Assembly (NCBI GenBank): GCA_964035575.1
Contig: OZ037833.1
Span: forward strand, 1,798,001 to 1,862,000
Length of the DNA stretch: 64,000 nt
Direction of reading: 5' to 3'
Source: Rhynchopus sp. YZ270_cl-10
Taxonomy: Eukaryota
In this document: positions 48,377 through 58,277 of the stretch, piece by piece
How the letters are laid out: each line of letters opens with the position of its first letter
How positions within the stretch are numbered: position 1 is the stretch's first letter
Program-made: the position numbers and the translations under genes
Notes under the pieces: generated by a model
Told to the model about the DNA's origin: nothing
Database searches by the model: none
Seen by the model: the letters and a program-made list of their open reading frames with translations, nothing else

Positions 48377-49783
48377 CTTGAGAGGTAAAAGCGCGTTGCA
48401 AAATGAGACACAGCGACCCTAGGGACGCATTGTGTAGGCATGATGCAAGGAATTGCCATATTGGCTTGTTGGGCCTCTACACAGAGAAAATAAAAATATG
48501 GTGCACCGTTTATACTGAGCAATCTCTTCTTCGGCGAACCAAAAAAAAGGAAAACGTATAAGATGAACCTAAGCCTCTCTGAGCTTAGTCACCTAAAGGA
48601 GGGGGTAAAGTTGATAGTGCAAACGCCGGGAACGCAGGCAACTCAAAATAAGAAAAAAAAAGAGAAGTTTAGAAAAATGTGGAAAGTTGAACCTAAGCCC
48701 AGCCACCTCAAAATAAAGTATAAAAATAAATGAAGTGGTTGCGGGGAAAGATCGGGTCTTCGTTTGTGCGCTCAAAGCAGGGCGAAACAAAAAAGGTGGA
48801 AAAGTGTGAAACTGCATTTTCGTGTTGGTGTTTGTGAAGTGAATCAAACAGACAATTACAAAAAAAAATCATGATTTTTTTGTTTTCCGTTTTGTTTGCC
48901 CAAAAAGCGCCTGTCTCCAATCTTAGTACTGACAACCAAACCAGAGGCTTCGGATGTGTTAACTACCACAAAGGGGGTTGAGAGAAAAGCTGAATATCTG
49001 TTGCTTGTCTCCTCCTCTTACCACATGATTGTATCAATGTGGGTTTTACCTTCAGCATGCACAACTACAGCCAATAGCCACTACCAACCCCCCCAAGCCC
49101 ATCAACCCCCTTTTTTTTTTTCATCCGGAAGAATGAAAACAATGAAACACAAAAAAAAAAGACAAAAAAAAAGCTCAAAAGTTTTGTTCATTCGTTGATA
49201 TTTTTTTCCTGTGTCCATGCAGAGCGTCAACTCTGTGGTGGCGGCAAAAAAAAAAGAAACAAAACTAATTGACTTGAAATACAAAAACCCCTCTCGCGGC
49301 AGTGTACCTAACGACAACGAATAATTGAAAGACGTGAATATGCCACAATGTGAAATAGAAACATAACAACTCATCACACAAAAAAAAACCCATGGGGAGA
49401 GGTTGTGAAACGCATACATCTCGACCTGTTTGGTGAGGAGTGGCTCTGCAGCGCGGTTCCCCAGAACCGCAAAAGTGTGTTCAAAAATGCTTTGTTTTCT
49501 ATTTCCTCCTTCATGAGGCAACATAAATATTTTCCAAGAGAAAGATACAGAAAGAGGGGGTGCAAAAAAAAAAAAAATGTGTACCACTCGTGAGTTGAGA
49601 ATACAAGACACCTTGAGCAGTTTGCTACACCTTTTGCAGATAACGTTTTTTTTTGTTTGTTTTTTAAATCAGAAACAGGCGAAAAAAGCAAGGAAAATAA
49701 ATAAAAAAAAGGGCGCTAAAAACCAGAACGAACGAGGAGCACAAAACCAGAACAAAGAAGTTGGCAAAAATAACACAAAAATT

Positions 49784-50141
49784 GAGGTGATCCAGCGCAC
49801 ACTTTTCCACACTTTTTCACACCGTGAAAACATGTGAAAATAAGTGAAAACGTGTGAAACCAAGGTGAAAATGTGTGAAATCAAGTGAAAATATGTGAAA
49901 CCATGTGAAAACATGTGAAACCATGTGAAGCCAAGTGAAACCATGTGAAAACATGTGAAACCAAGTGAAAATGTGTGAAACCATGTGAAAACACCAAGTT
50001 TTTTTTCTGGAGGAATCCACTCAGAGTGCGTGAAGCAGTTTTTTTTTCACTTTCGTACACACTTTTTCACACCGTGAAACCATGTGAAAATGTGTGAAAC
50101 CAAGTGAAAATGTGTGAAAAAGCGTGAGACTGGATCACCTC
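49784..50141. mobile_element. MITE with ~23-bp imperfect TIR and internal 10-bp repeats
   Basis: GAGGTGATCCAG...CTGGATCACCTC ends, internal CATGTGAAA(A/C)-like repeats, flanking direct repeat AAATAACACAAAAA. Confidence 0.8.
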
Positions 50142-50675
50142 AAAAATAACACAAAAAAAAAAAAAAAACAAAAAGTTGACAAGATGAATCTGAGCACCTC
50201 TCTTTGCTTAGCATCAGAAAAAAAAATTTTTTTTTGAAAGATGAATGTGCCTCTCTCTCTGAAACACATATCTTAAAAAAACGTTTCTAAGATAAATGAG
50301 ACGGGCTGATTGAGAGGAGGGACCATTTGTGGTAAAGACTGGAACCACACGGAGACCTAGAGGTTCTTCAGAGGTGTGAGAGGTGAGGCCCTTTTTCCTT
50401 CCAAAACGAGGAGGGGGGGGAAAAACGGGGTTGTATAGCGAAAACAGGAAAAGAACAGGAAACAGAGTATAAAACGCATCTCAGTCAGGGGGGAAATAGT
50501 TGAAAAAAAACGCATAGAAAAATAAAAGCAATTTTGCATGGAGTTCTTTTTCTTCCATAGAAATGGAAAATGACCTCCTCCCCATATACCCCACCCCTCT
50601 TTTTTTGATTGCAAAAAAAAAAAAAACCTCTTTTTGAGATTCGCAAAAAAAAAACCCCCCCCGCAATATTTCCTT

Positions 50676-51869
50676 TTATTCCACTGCACCAACCGTTTTT
50701 TTCACCATCATGAGTTCGTGAAGTCTGCATGATGCTGGTCTTGGTGGGGGCACTGCTTTGCCTGTTGCTGAGTCCGACCAGGCTCCGGTCCGCTTCCCGT
50801 TTATCGCACCTTTTAACCCGGGAAGGCAGAGTGGTTCTTCTCTCTCAGTTTTTTCATGCGGTTTTGCCCGCCTTTCTTTGTCTGTTGGGGGATGGTGGAG
50901 ACCACGCCATTCTTTGCCTTGTCTGTTTGAGCGGTACTTTTTTGGCGACCCTGAGACTTCACTTTTGTGCTGCACCTTTTTAAGCGGCGACAGGACGGTC
51001 GTTGGCGACGGTGCTGGGAGCAGCGTTTGCGCCACAGGAACCTCCCTCTCTTCATGCTGAGTCAGCGACGGCAACAACGGCGGACCCACTGTCCTATCCT
51101 TCGAAGACTTGATAAGCTCATCCACCATCTGCACCCGCTTCATCGGCAGCCAAGGACACTGAAGCCTTTCTGCAACACGATCCGGGTCGTCCGGCACCGT
51201 AGTATTGTCGACCACCCAACGCACGCCTTTGATTAGCACCATGATGTCGTCGTTGGTCCACTCTCCACGCCGGATGCGGTGTCTCACCTCCTTCGGTGCT
51301 TTGTTCTGTCTTGCCAGCATTCGGTAGCGAAGCTGTGGATGCAAAATGCCTGCATTCATATCCTCCTCCTGCTTGACCTTCACCAGTGGAGCTGGGGCAG
51401 GCGGGTTGTGCAGAGAAAGCGGTTTTTTGGTAGGCTCCGTGGACTCCACAGCCTGGAGAATGTACTCCGAGCAAGACGAAGCGTCGCCCACCAACGCGGA
51501 GAGGCAGGTCAGCGCGTACAGTGTCTGCACACAGGAGGGCCGCTGTGCTGCCGCACTGCTGAGGCTCTCCATTGCTGCGGCGTAGTTGCCCTGGGAGATA
51601 GAAACGTATGCTTGCTGCACGGAGTGGTCCACATCGGCCTCGTGCTTGTGTATCGCTTGGTCCACGGTTAACATCTTTTTGGTACGAAGAGAGCTGTTCA
51701 CCTGGACAACCGCGCGCTGCTTGAGAAGAACCTGAGGCAGGCACATCTCGCGTGTGGTGGTGGTCGTGTGGCTGTGCGTCGTGTGCGTCGGGACACCACC
51801 CAGCGCAGGGAGAGACTGGTTGCACGTCATCGACTCATCGTCGCTCAGGTCAAACCCGCCGTCCGACAT
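50676..51869 (-). CDS. Hypothetical protein with a possible TPR-like helical repeat
   Basis: 397-aa ORF. AYVSISQGNYAAAMESLSSAAAQRP...LYALTCLSALVGD is TPR-like. Confidence 0.75.
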   Translation of the reverse strand: MSDGGFDLSDDESMTCNQSLPALGGVPTHTTHSHTTTTTREMCLPQVLLKQRAVVQVNSSLRTKKMLTVDQAIHKHEADVDHSVQQAYVSISQGNYAAAMESLSSAAAQRPSCVQTLYALTCLSALVGDASSCSEYILQAVESTEPTKKPLSLHNPPAPAPLVKVKQEEDMNAGILHPQLRYRMLARQNKAPKEVRHRIRRGEWTNDDIMVLIKGVRWVVDNTTVPDDPDRVAERLQCPWLPMKRVQMVDELIKSSKDRTVGPPLLPSLTQHEEREVPVAQTLLPAPSPTTVLSPLKKVQHKSEVSGSPKKYRSNRQGKEWRGLHHPPTDKERRAKPHEKTEREEPLCLPGLKGAINGKRTGAWSDSATGKAVPPPRPASCRLHELMMVKKTVGAVE

Positions 51870-52057
51870 CTCTCGTGTGTGAAAAAAATTGCGAGAGAAA
51901 AAAAGGGAAAGAGGGTAAAGTTTTGTGCAAAATGCAAACGAAAATTCTGGGTTGGGTGGTTGAATTTAGGGATAAGGGAGGAGAGGAGAAGAGGAAACCA
52001 AAACAATGCGTCATTTTTTGGGGCCATCAGACCAGAAGCTAGGAGCGTTTGTCATCA

Positions 52058-53143
52058 TCATTTTTTTGTTTCGGCCTCCATGGCACGTTCGTATTCCTTC
52101 TCGAAAAGGGTTTTTTTTAGTCTGTATCCGGACTGCTTCATGAGGGTGTAGAGGCCTGCGGCACGCTCTGTGGCGCCTCTGTTTGCGAAGATGGTCATCA
52201 TGTTTGTTGCGACTGCGAGATTCATACAGTTTTTTGCTGTGAATGCGCATTCGAATATTTGCTCTGCAACGTGGAGGGGTGCTTCGCCACGCAGACAGGC
52301 CTTCAGGTATGTTGCGTAGGTGAACGACGTCGGCACCAAGCTTGTCTTTGGAACGACATCCGGTGTAACTCCGTTGCGCAGCACGTCTGGGGCGTTCTTG
52401 TGCAGAAACACGCGTCGCCCAAACGACAGACACCCCTCCCAGTCACGTGCCTCAGCAAACGCATTCAGCACCATATTCGCAGACACCGCATCCTTCTTTA
52501 CGTTGGCTGAAATATACAAATTAACTGCAGCAGACACCTCACCCGCCCGGCACGCCACGCGGAACACAATGTAGTCCAGCTCCCCGCTCTTCAGCACCTT
52601 CACAAACTCCCGCTTCCACAGCCCCTTCGCGCTGGCGACGTTCTCGCAGCAGAGGAGAGCAAAGGTCGCTGTGCGGGAGTCAGGCTTCAACCCTCTCTTG
52701 TTCATGCTGACCAGGACCTTCCGCATTTCGGTTGGGTTGGGTTTGTTGAGGGAGGCGAGCACGGCGTTCATGCATGCTGTGTTTGGGGGGAGGCCATGCT
52801 GCGCACGGTCCCTTATGTATTCAAGGACCTTATCGTGAGAGCGTGTCTTGCTGAAACCTTCGATGAGAATGGCATGTGTCTTGTGGTCCGGCATGATATG
52901 TGCCATCTCCTTGTGAAAGCGCTCTGCAGCGGAAGGCATACCCCACCTGCACATTGCCTGCAAAACTGTGTTCAGCGACAGACGCCCCACCTCGCCGCCC
53001 TTGTCGCGCACAACGTCTATCTCATTGTACAACGCCGAAATGTTCCGTTGCGTCTCACCCGGCGAGATTCGCCGCTCCACACGCACATTCCGCACCAAAC
53101 CTAACAAATGCTGTGCCACATGGTGGTCCCCCTTCCCCTTCAT
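52058..53143 (-). CDS. Pentatricopeptide repeat (PPR) protein
   Basis: Repeats SLNTVLQAMCRWG, THAILIEGFSK, CMNAVLAS, SANMVLNAFAEA, TYATYLKAC, with GLKPD/GYR linkers. Start uncertain. Confidence 0.85.
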   Translation of the reverse strand: MKGKGDHHVAQHLLGLVRNVRVERRISPGETQRNISALYNEIDVVRDKGGEVGRLSLNTVLQAMCRWGMPSAAERFHKEMAHIMPDHKTHAILIEGFSKTRSHDKVLEYIRDRAQHGLPPNTACMNAVLASLNKPNPTEMRKVLVSMNKRGLKPDSRTATFALLCCENVASAKGLWKREFVKVLKSGELDYIVFRVACRAGEVSAAVNLYISANVKKDAVSANMVLNAFAEARDWEGCLSFGRRVFLHKNAPDVLRNGVTPDVVPKTSLVPTSFTYATYLKACLRGEAPLHVAEQIFECAFTAKNCMNLAVATNMMTIFANRGATERAAGLYTLMKQSGYRLKKTLFEKEYERAMEAETKK

Positions 53144-53328
53144 CGTGTAATCTAAAGAGAGGTGAAGGGGAAACAGCATAGGTACAGTCGTGTGAGACAA
53201 AGCAACGGAAAAGAAAACACAATGCTATTCGCATATTGGACGAAACACAAAAGCTTGAGGCTAGACAAAGTAGTTAGTAGTTTACGCGCACCTCCCAACC
53301 CCGACCCCCAATACACCCCACCCCCACA

Positions 53329-54297
53329 TCAGATCAGTAACGCCATCAGAACGGTGCAGCAGGTGGCCACAAAGAGGAAAGGGTCATCCAGTGAGTGTGG
53401 CGCAAGTGCCTCTGAGAGGGTTGCGATGGGCGGCAGTGCAAGGAACAAGAACAGCAGCTGCGGTGGGGTCAACTCTGTGGGATCCGCAATCCGTGCAACA
53501 ATCACAATAGAGACCAGCGCAGAGAAGAAAACGCACATCGAACCCTGGTAGCTCCGCACAAAGGGGCTGCGTCCTGGGTACAGCCAGGCAGGCACAGAAT
53601 ACCTGGTGGAGGGTGTGCTGTAGTAGACGCCGACAACTTCGGCCAAACCATCGCCAAAAGAAGATATGATCATTGGTATGAGCAGAAGCGACTGTCGCTG
53701 CATCGTCACCGCAAATATGTACATAAACGGGAGTGCGACAAGACAGAACGCGATGTACTGCGCAACAGTCCACCTCACAGTGTACGGCACATCCTCGGGA
53801 CGTTCAAACCCCATCTTCATTGTCACGACAAAGTATTTGATACAACGTTTTGCCAGCAAAACGTATTTTTTGTTTGTACCGAAGAGTGAACTCCGTTCTG
53901 TGTCCATTTCCTGCATTTCGTCCACAAAGCACAGAATCAGTGCCATGAAATACAGCACGAACGGAAAAATCATTGTGTACATGGTTTCAATGTACTTGTC
54001 TTTCAGACATAACCGTTGAGATATACCCATAGAAATTGAAACCATCATGTTGATTTTTCGTGTGTAATTTGCTTTCATGTGGCAATAACGACGAAACAGA
54101 CCTGTCAAGAAGAACACCGCCCACGAGAACGGGATACTGGTGAGCACTTGACCCAGGAAGACGGGATCCATGATCTTGATACGGCCCTCCACATCCTCCG
54201 TACCCACGTTGTATTCGTCAAGCAGAACCACAGTAATCAGCACCATCGACCCGAAGATGGCAATGGCCGGGGTGAGCGTCATCTTGAATCGTGGCAT
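53329..54297 (-). CDS. Phytol/dolichol kinase-like membrane protein (cytidylyltransferase fold), paralogue 1
   Basis: Multiple TM helices with motifs YTRKI, FGDGLAEVVG, RSYQGS and LDD. Confidence 0.8.
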   Translation of the reverse strand: MPRFKMTLTPAIAIFGSMVLITVVLLDEYNVGTEDVEGRIKIMDPVFLGQVLTSIPFSWAVFFLTGLFRRYCHMKANYTRKINMMVSISMGISQRLCLKDKYIETMYTMIFPFVLYFMALILCFVDEMQEMDTERSSLFGTNKKYVLLAKRCIKYFVVTMKMGFERPEDVPYTVRWTVAQYIAFCLVALPFMYIFAVTMQRQSLLLIPMIISSFGDGLAEVVGVYYSTPSTRYSVPAWLYPGRSPFVRSYQGSMCVFFSALVSIVIVARIADPTELTPPQLLFLFLALPPIATLSEALAPHSLDDPFLFVATCCTVLMALLI

Positions 54298-55367
54298 TGT
54301 CTCTGCCCTATTCCGTGTGTATGTGTGTACAACTCCCCACAGGACGGGGAGGGGTTCGGGCCCCCCCTCAAATCCACAATTTTAAAGGGGCTTCCTGTTA
54401 AGGTGAAGGGGGTGGAGAGGGTGGAGAGGGGTAGCACGATGCTTAGAAGAAACTCTCTCTGCAGTAGAAATTGAACGGGTGGGAAGCTACCGATGTGGGC
54501 AACATTTTCTTTTTTAATGGTTACTGCTTGAGACACCAACCAAAGAAGTTGATAGCGCAAATAATATGCAAATAATCTTGAAAGTGCTGATAGCGCTCTG
54601 AACGATGGACTCACGGTGCAGAAAACACTCTCCAGGGATGACGTTACATCACTCATAAGAACCCTGGAGAGGATATACACGGTACAGATCACCATTTGAA
54701 TGGCCTATATCGTGAATCTTTACAGATGCGTACACCTGTCAATCATTAGGTAATGTGCTTTGCTAATAGGTATCGATGGCCCGTTACGTTGGAAGGCGGA
54801 CGAAAAATAGAGTAGAGACGAAAAATAACTTTGAAAAAAAAAAGCTTGAAAGACCAACCATGCCCCAGTATATCAAAAAGAGCACACAAATTCTCGATCC
54901 TCTGGATGGTCTGACGACTCTCCTAGGAAACTTCTGAGACGACAACAATACGCATGACACGATAGCACGTTCCTCCACTCTCTTCTGTTCTGAACAATAT
55001 CGACAAAAAAAAAAAAAAAAAAAACAAAGAAAACTAAAGATGGATGTGCTTCTCATGCACCTAGGAAGAAAAACATAAATAGCCCAACAAACACTGGTAC
55101 CCAGTAAACAAAATCATCGATCCGCATCTGCAGATCACGGGTTGCTTCGTGGCCGGGTAACCGCCCAAGGCAACCTATACATCCTGGACGTGTCCTCGCG
55201 GCCTCAACAGGGACAAGGTCCTGGAGCAAAACAAAAAAGTGGCCCCTGACCCGAGAAGAAAACAAAGTGGAAAAATGCGCACACGGCAAACATTGAGGCT
55301 AGAAAATCTTTTGTTGCGCCACCAAGGCGCCCCCAATACCCGATCCCCCATCCTACCTCGTCCTACC

Positions 55368-56336
55368 TCATATCAATAACGCCATCAGAACGGTGCAGCA
55401 TGTCGTCACGAAGAGGAAGGGGTTGTCCAGTGAGTGTGGCGCAAGTGCCTCTGAGAGGGTTGCGATGGGCGGCAGTGCAAGGAACAAGAACAGCAGCTGC
55501 GGTGGGGTCAACTCTGTGGGATCCGCAATCCGTGCTACAATCACAATAGAGACCAGCGCAGAGAAGAAAACGCACATCGAACCCTGGTAGCTCCGCACAA
55601 AGGGGCTGCGTCCTGGGTACAGCCAGGCAGGCACAGAATACCTGGTGGAGGGTGTGCTGTAGTAAACACCAACCACTTCGGCCAAACCATCGCCAATAGT
55701 AGATATGATCATTGGTATGAGCAGAAGCGACTGTCGCTGCATCGTCACCGCAAATATGTACATAAACGGGAGTGCGACAAGACAGAACGCGATGTACTGC
55801 GCAACAAGCCACTTCACCGTATACCCCACATCCTCGGGACGTTCAAACCCCATCTTCATTGTCACGACAAAGTATTTGATACAACGTTTTGCCAGCAAAA
55901 CGTATTTTTTGTTTGTGCCGAAGAGTGAACTCCGTTCTGTGTCCATTTCCTGCATTTCATCCACAAAGCACAGAATCAGTGCCATGAAATATAACACCAG
56001 TGGAAAGATCATTGTGTACATGGTTTCAATGTACTTGTCTTTCAGACATAACCGTTGAGATATACTCATGGAAATTGAAATCATCATGTTGATTTTTCGT
56101 GTGTAATTTGCTTTCATGTGGCAATAACGACGGAACAGACCTGTCAAGAAGAACACCGCCCACGAGAACGGGATACTGGTAAGTATGGGAATTAAGAAGA
56201 CCGGATCCATGATCTTGATACGGTCCTCCACATCCTCCGTACCCACGTTGTATTCGTCAAGCAGAACCACAGTAATCAGCACCATCGGCCCGAAGATGAC
56301 AATCACTGAGGCGAGCGTCATCTTGAATCGTGGCAT
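55368..56336 (-). CDS. Phytol/dolichol kinase-like membrane protein, paralogue 2
   Basis: Same 969-nt length as paralogue 1 and near-identical, with IGDGLAEVVG, RSYQGS and LDN. Confidence 0.8.
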   Translation of the reverse strand: MPRFKMTLASVIVIFGPMVLITVVLLDEYNVGTEDVEDRIKIMDPVFLIPILTSIPFSWAVFFLTGLFRRYCHMKANYTRKINMMISISMSISQRLCLKDKYIETMYTMIFPLVLYFMALILCFVDEMQEMDTERSSLFGTNKKYVLLAKRCIKYFVVTMKMGFERPEDVGYTVKWLVAQYIAFCLVALPFMYIFAVTMQRQSLLLIPMIISTIGDGLAEVVGVYYSTPSTRYSVPAWLYPGRSPFVRSYQGSMCVFFSALVSIVIVARIADPTELTPPQLLFLFLALPPIATLSEALAPHSLDNPFLFVTTCCTVLMALLI

Positions 56337-56686
56337 TGTGTGCTCTGCCCTATTCCGTGTGTATGTGTGTACAACTCCCCACAGGACGGGGAGGGGTTCA
56401 GGCCCCCCCTCAAATCCACAAAATTTTGGGTCGGGTGGGTGGGGTTTTTTGTTGTCCTGTTGGCAGAGATGGAAGGTGGAGAATGGGGAGGGGGGTGGAT
56501 ACCGATCACAACAGAGAGGGAGGGTTGCAAAAAGGGGGGGGAGGAATACAGTATTATTTAGTCGTTTTGTCGTTTTAAATATCACATCGAAAAAAACACG
56601 CTACCAACTTTTTTTTAAAAGCTCTCTCTAGCGTAGCCAGTTCTGTTACGGTCATGCAATCATCCGTTTCTTCTAATGTAAACCTT

Positions 56687-57112
56687 TTATGGGCGTAACC
56701 CGAAGTACACGAGAACAAGGTCTTCGGTCCCTTTGTTGCTTATATCATGCACTTCTGAGACAGCAACGTGCGCGGTATCCCCTTTGGTTAGGAGGTGTTC
56801 TTTTCCGTTGATCACAAAGGTTCCTTCTCCTGACTCGACATAGAATACTTCATCCATGTCTTTGTGGCTGTGCCCCGGCGCATTATGCCCTGGAAGGAAC
56901 ACTGCCCTTGCAAGGAATATCAGGTGGGGTGCGGAAAACTCCTTCAAAAAGACCTGTTTCAGTATGTCCTTGTTGTGTGAGTTCGCGACCTTTGCTATGT
57001 CGGCCGCATGCACCACGGCACCTACCCGCCTATCAGGGCCGTACCACGTTTTGTTCATATACAACAAAAGAAACGCTAAAATAGCAATGACTACCACTGC
57101 AACCTTCCGCAT
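56687..57112 (-). CDS. Cupin-domain protein with N-terminal signal/anchor
   Basis: PGHNAPGHSHKDMDEVFYVESGEG...GDTAHVAVSEVHDISN fits cupin motifs 1 and 2. Hydrophobic N-terminus. Confidence 0.88.
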   Translation of the reverse strand: MRKVAVVVIAILAFLLLYMNKTWYGPDRRVGAVVHAADIAKVANSHNKDILKQVFLKEFSAPHLIFLARAVFLPGHNAPGHSHKDMDEVFYVESGEGTFVINGKEHLLTKGDTAHVAVSEVHDISNKGTEDLVLVYFGLRP

Positions 57113-57322
57113 TTGAAACAAAAAAAAATATACGTTTTTTGGTGAATTTGACACAAAAGAAAAAAAGGGGTGTCTTTGTGTTGTGTAGGGCGAAAATCTG
57201 TAAAGGGGTGTGTTCCCCCCCATATCTCACAGTCCTTTACACAATACACAAAAATGAAAGAAAAAAAAGGGGAACGTTTTGTAGACATATCTTTATGACA
57301 TAGGGTGGGGGGGTGGGGTGGG

Positions 57323-57391
57323 GCACAGCTGAGAATACGACTCGGGGACCCGGGACCTGGACCCAGGGACCCGGCTTATTCTCAGCTGTGC
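57323..57391. repeat. 69-bp element with perfect 15-bp inverted ends in a G-run context
   Basis: GCACAGCTGAGAATA...TATTCTCAGCTGTGC with internal GGGACC repeats. Confidence 0.7.
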
Positions 57392-58277
57392 GGGTGGGGT
57401 AGGGGGTTTCGAACACGGACCATGTACCCAGGGTGATATGCTAAATATCATGCTGTTTGCATGGATATACCATAAATTTTGCATGTGTTTTGCATTTCAT
57501 ACAAAAATCATGTTACTGTATTAGCATGGTATGCAACAAGGAAAACAGCATGTCACCCGGGGCACATGGTCACCGAGAATATACACGATGAACACGTTGT
57601 AAAATAGCACACATCCCAAAAAAAGAAAAGTTTATACGATGAACCAAGCCTCTCGTAGCTACCTTGAAAAGTAACAAAAAAATACAAAGGCTTGAAAGAT
57701 GAATGTGTCTCGCTGGACATAACGTCTTTCTATATCATCATGGGAAAAAAGGTAGAACCGGGTGTTCTAGAGAACGACCCTTAGATATTGTAAGATAACC
57801 ACAGATTGTGTGATATTGTATCTTTGGAAAAAAAAAAGGAAAGGTGGGGTTGGGTGTAAACGCCTCTGCATGCGCAGACGGTTGAGGTTTGCTTTTTTGC
57901 AGTTTTGTGTTTTTTTTCTGGCGCAGACAACGTGGAGAGAGAGCGCGAGAAAAACGGCGGAAAAAAAAAATACACCGGGGGCGAAACGAGCAATCAATTG
58001 CTACGAGATATTTCCGTATGGCATGTCCACAAGGCATAAGGAATGCATGTGTCCTCCACCCTTAACAGCTCATGCCATCTAATTGTGTCAAATGGTATAA
58101 TTTTTATATGCAAAAAAAATGCAAAACAAACTTCGTCATCCTGTTTAGATGCCGCAAATAAAAAAGATGAAGGTGCCTCGCGCGCACACATCTTTAAAAA
58201 GAAAGGAAAAAAGAGCAAACGAAATAAAGCTGAAGGCAAAAGGCAGCCTCAGACGAAAGCAGAGCCGCGTGACTGCC

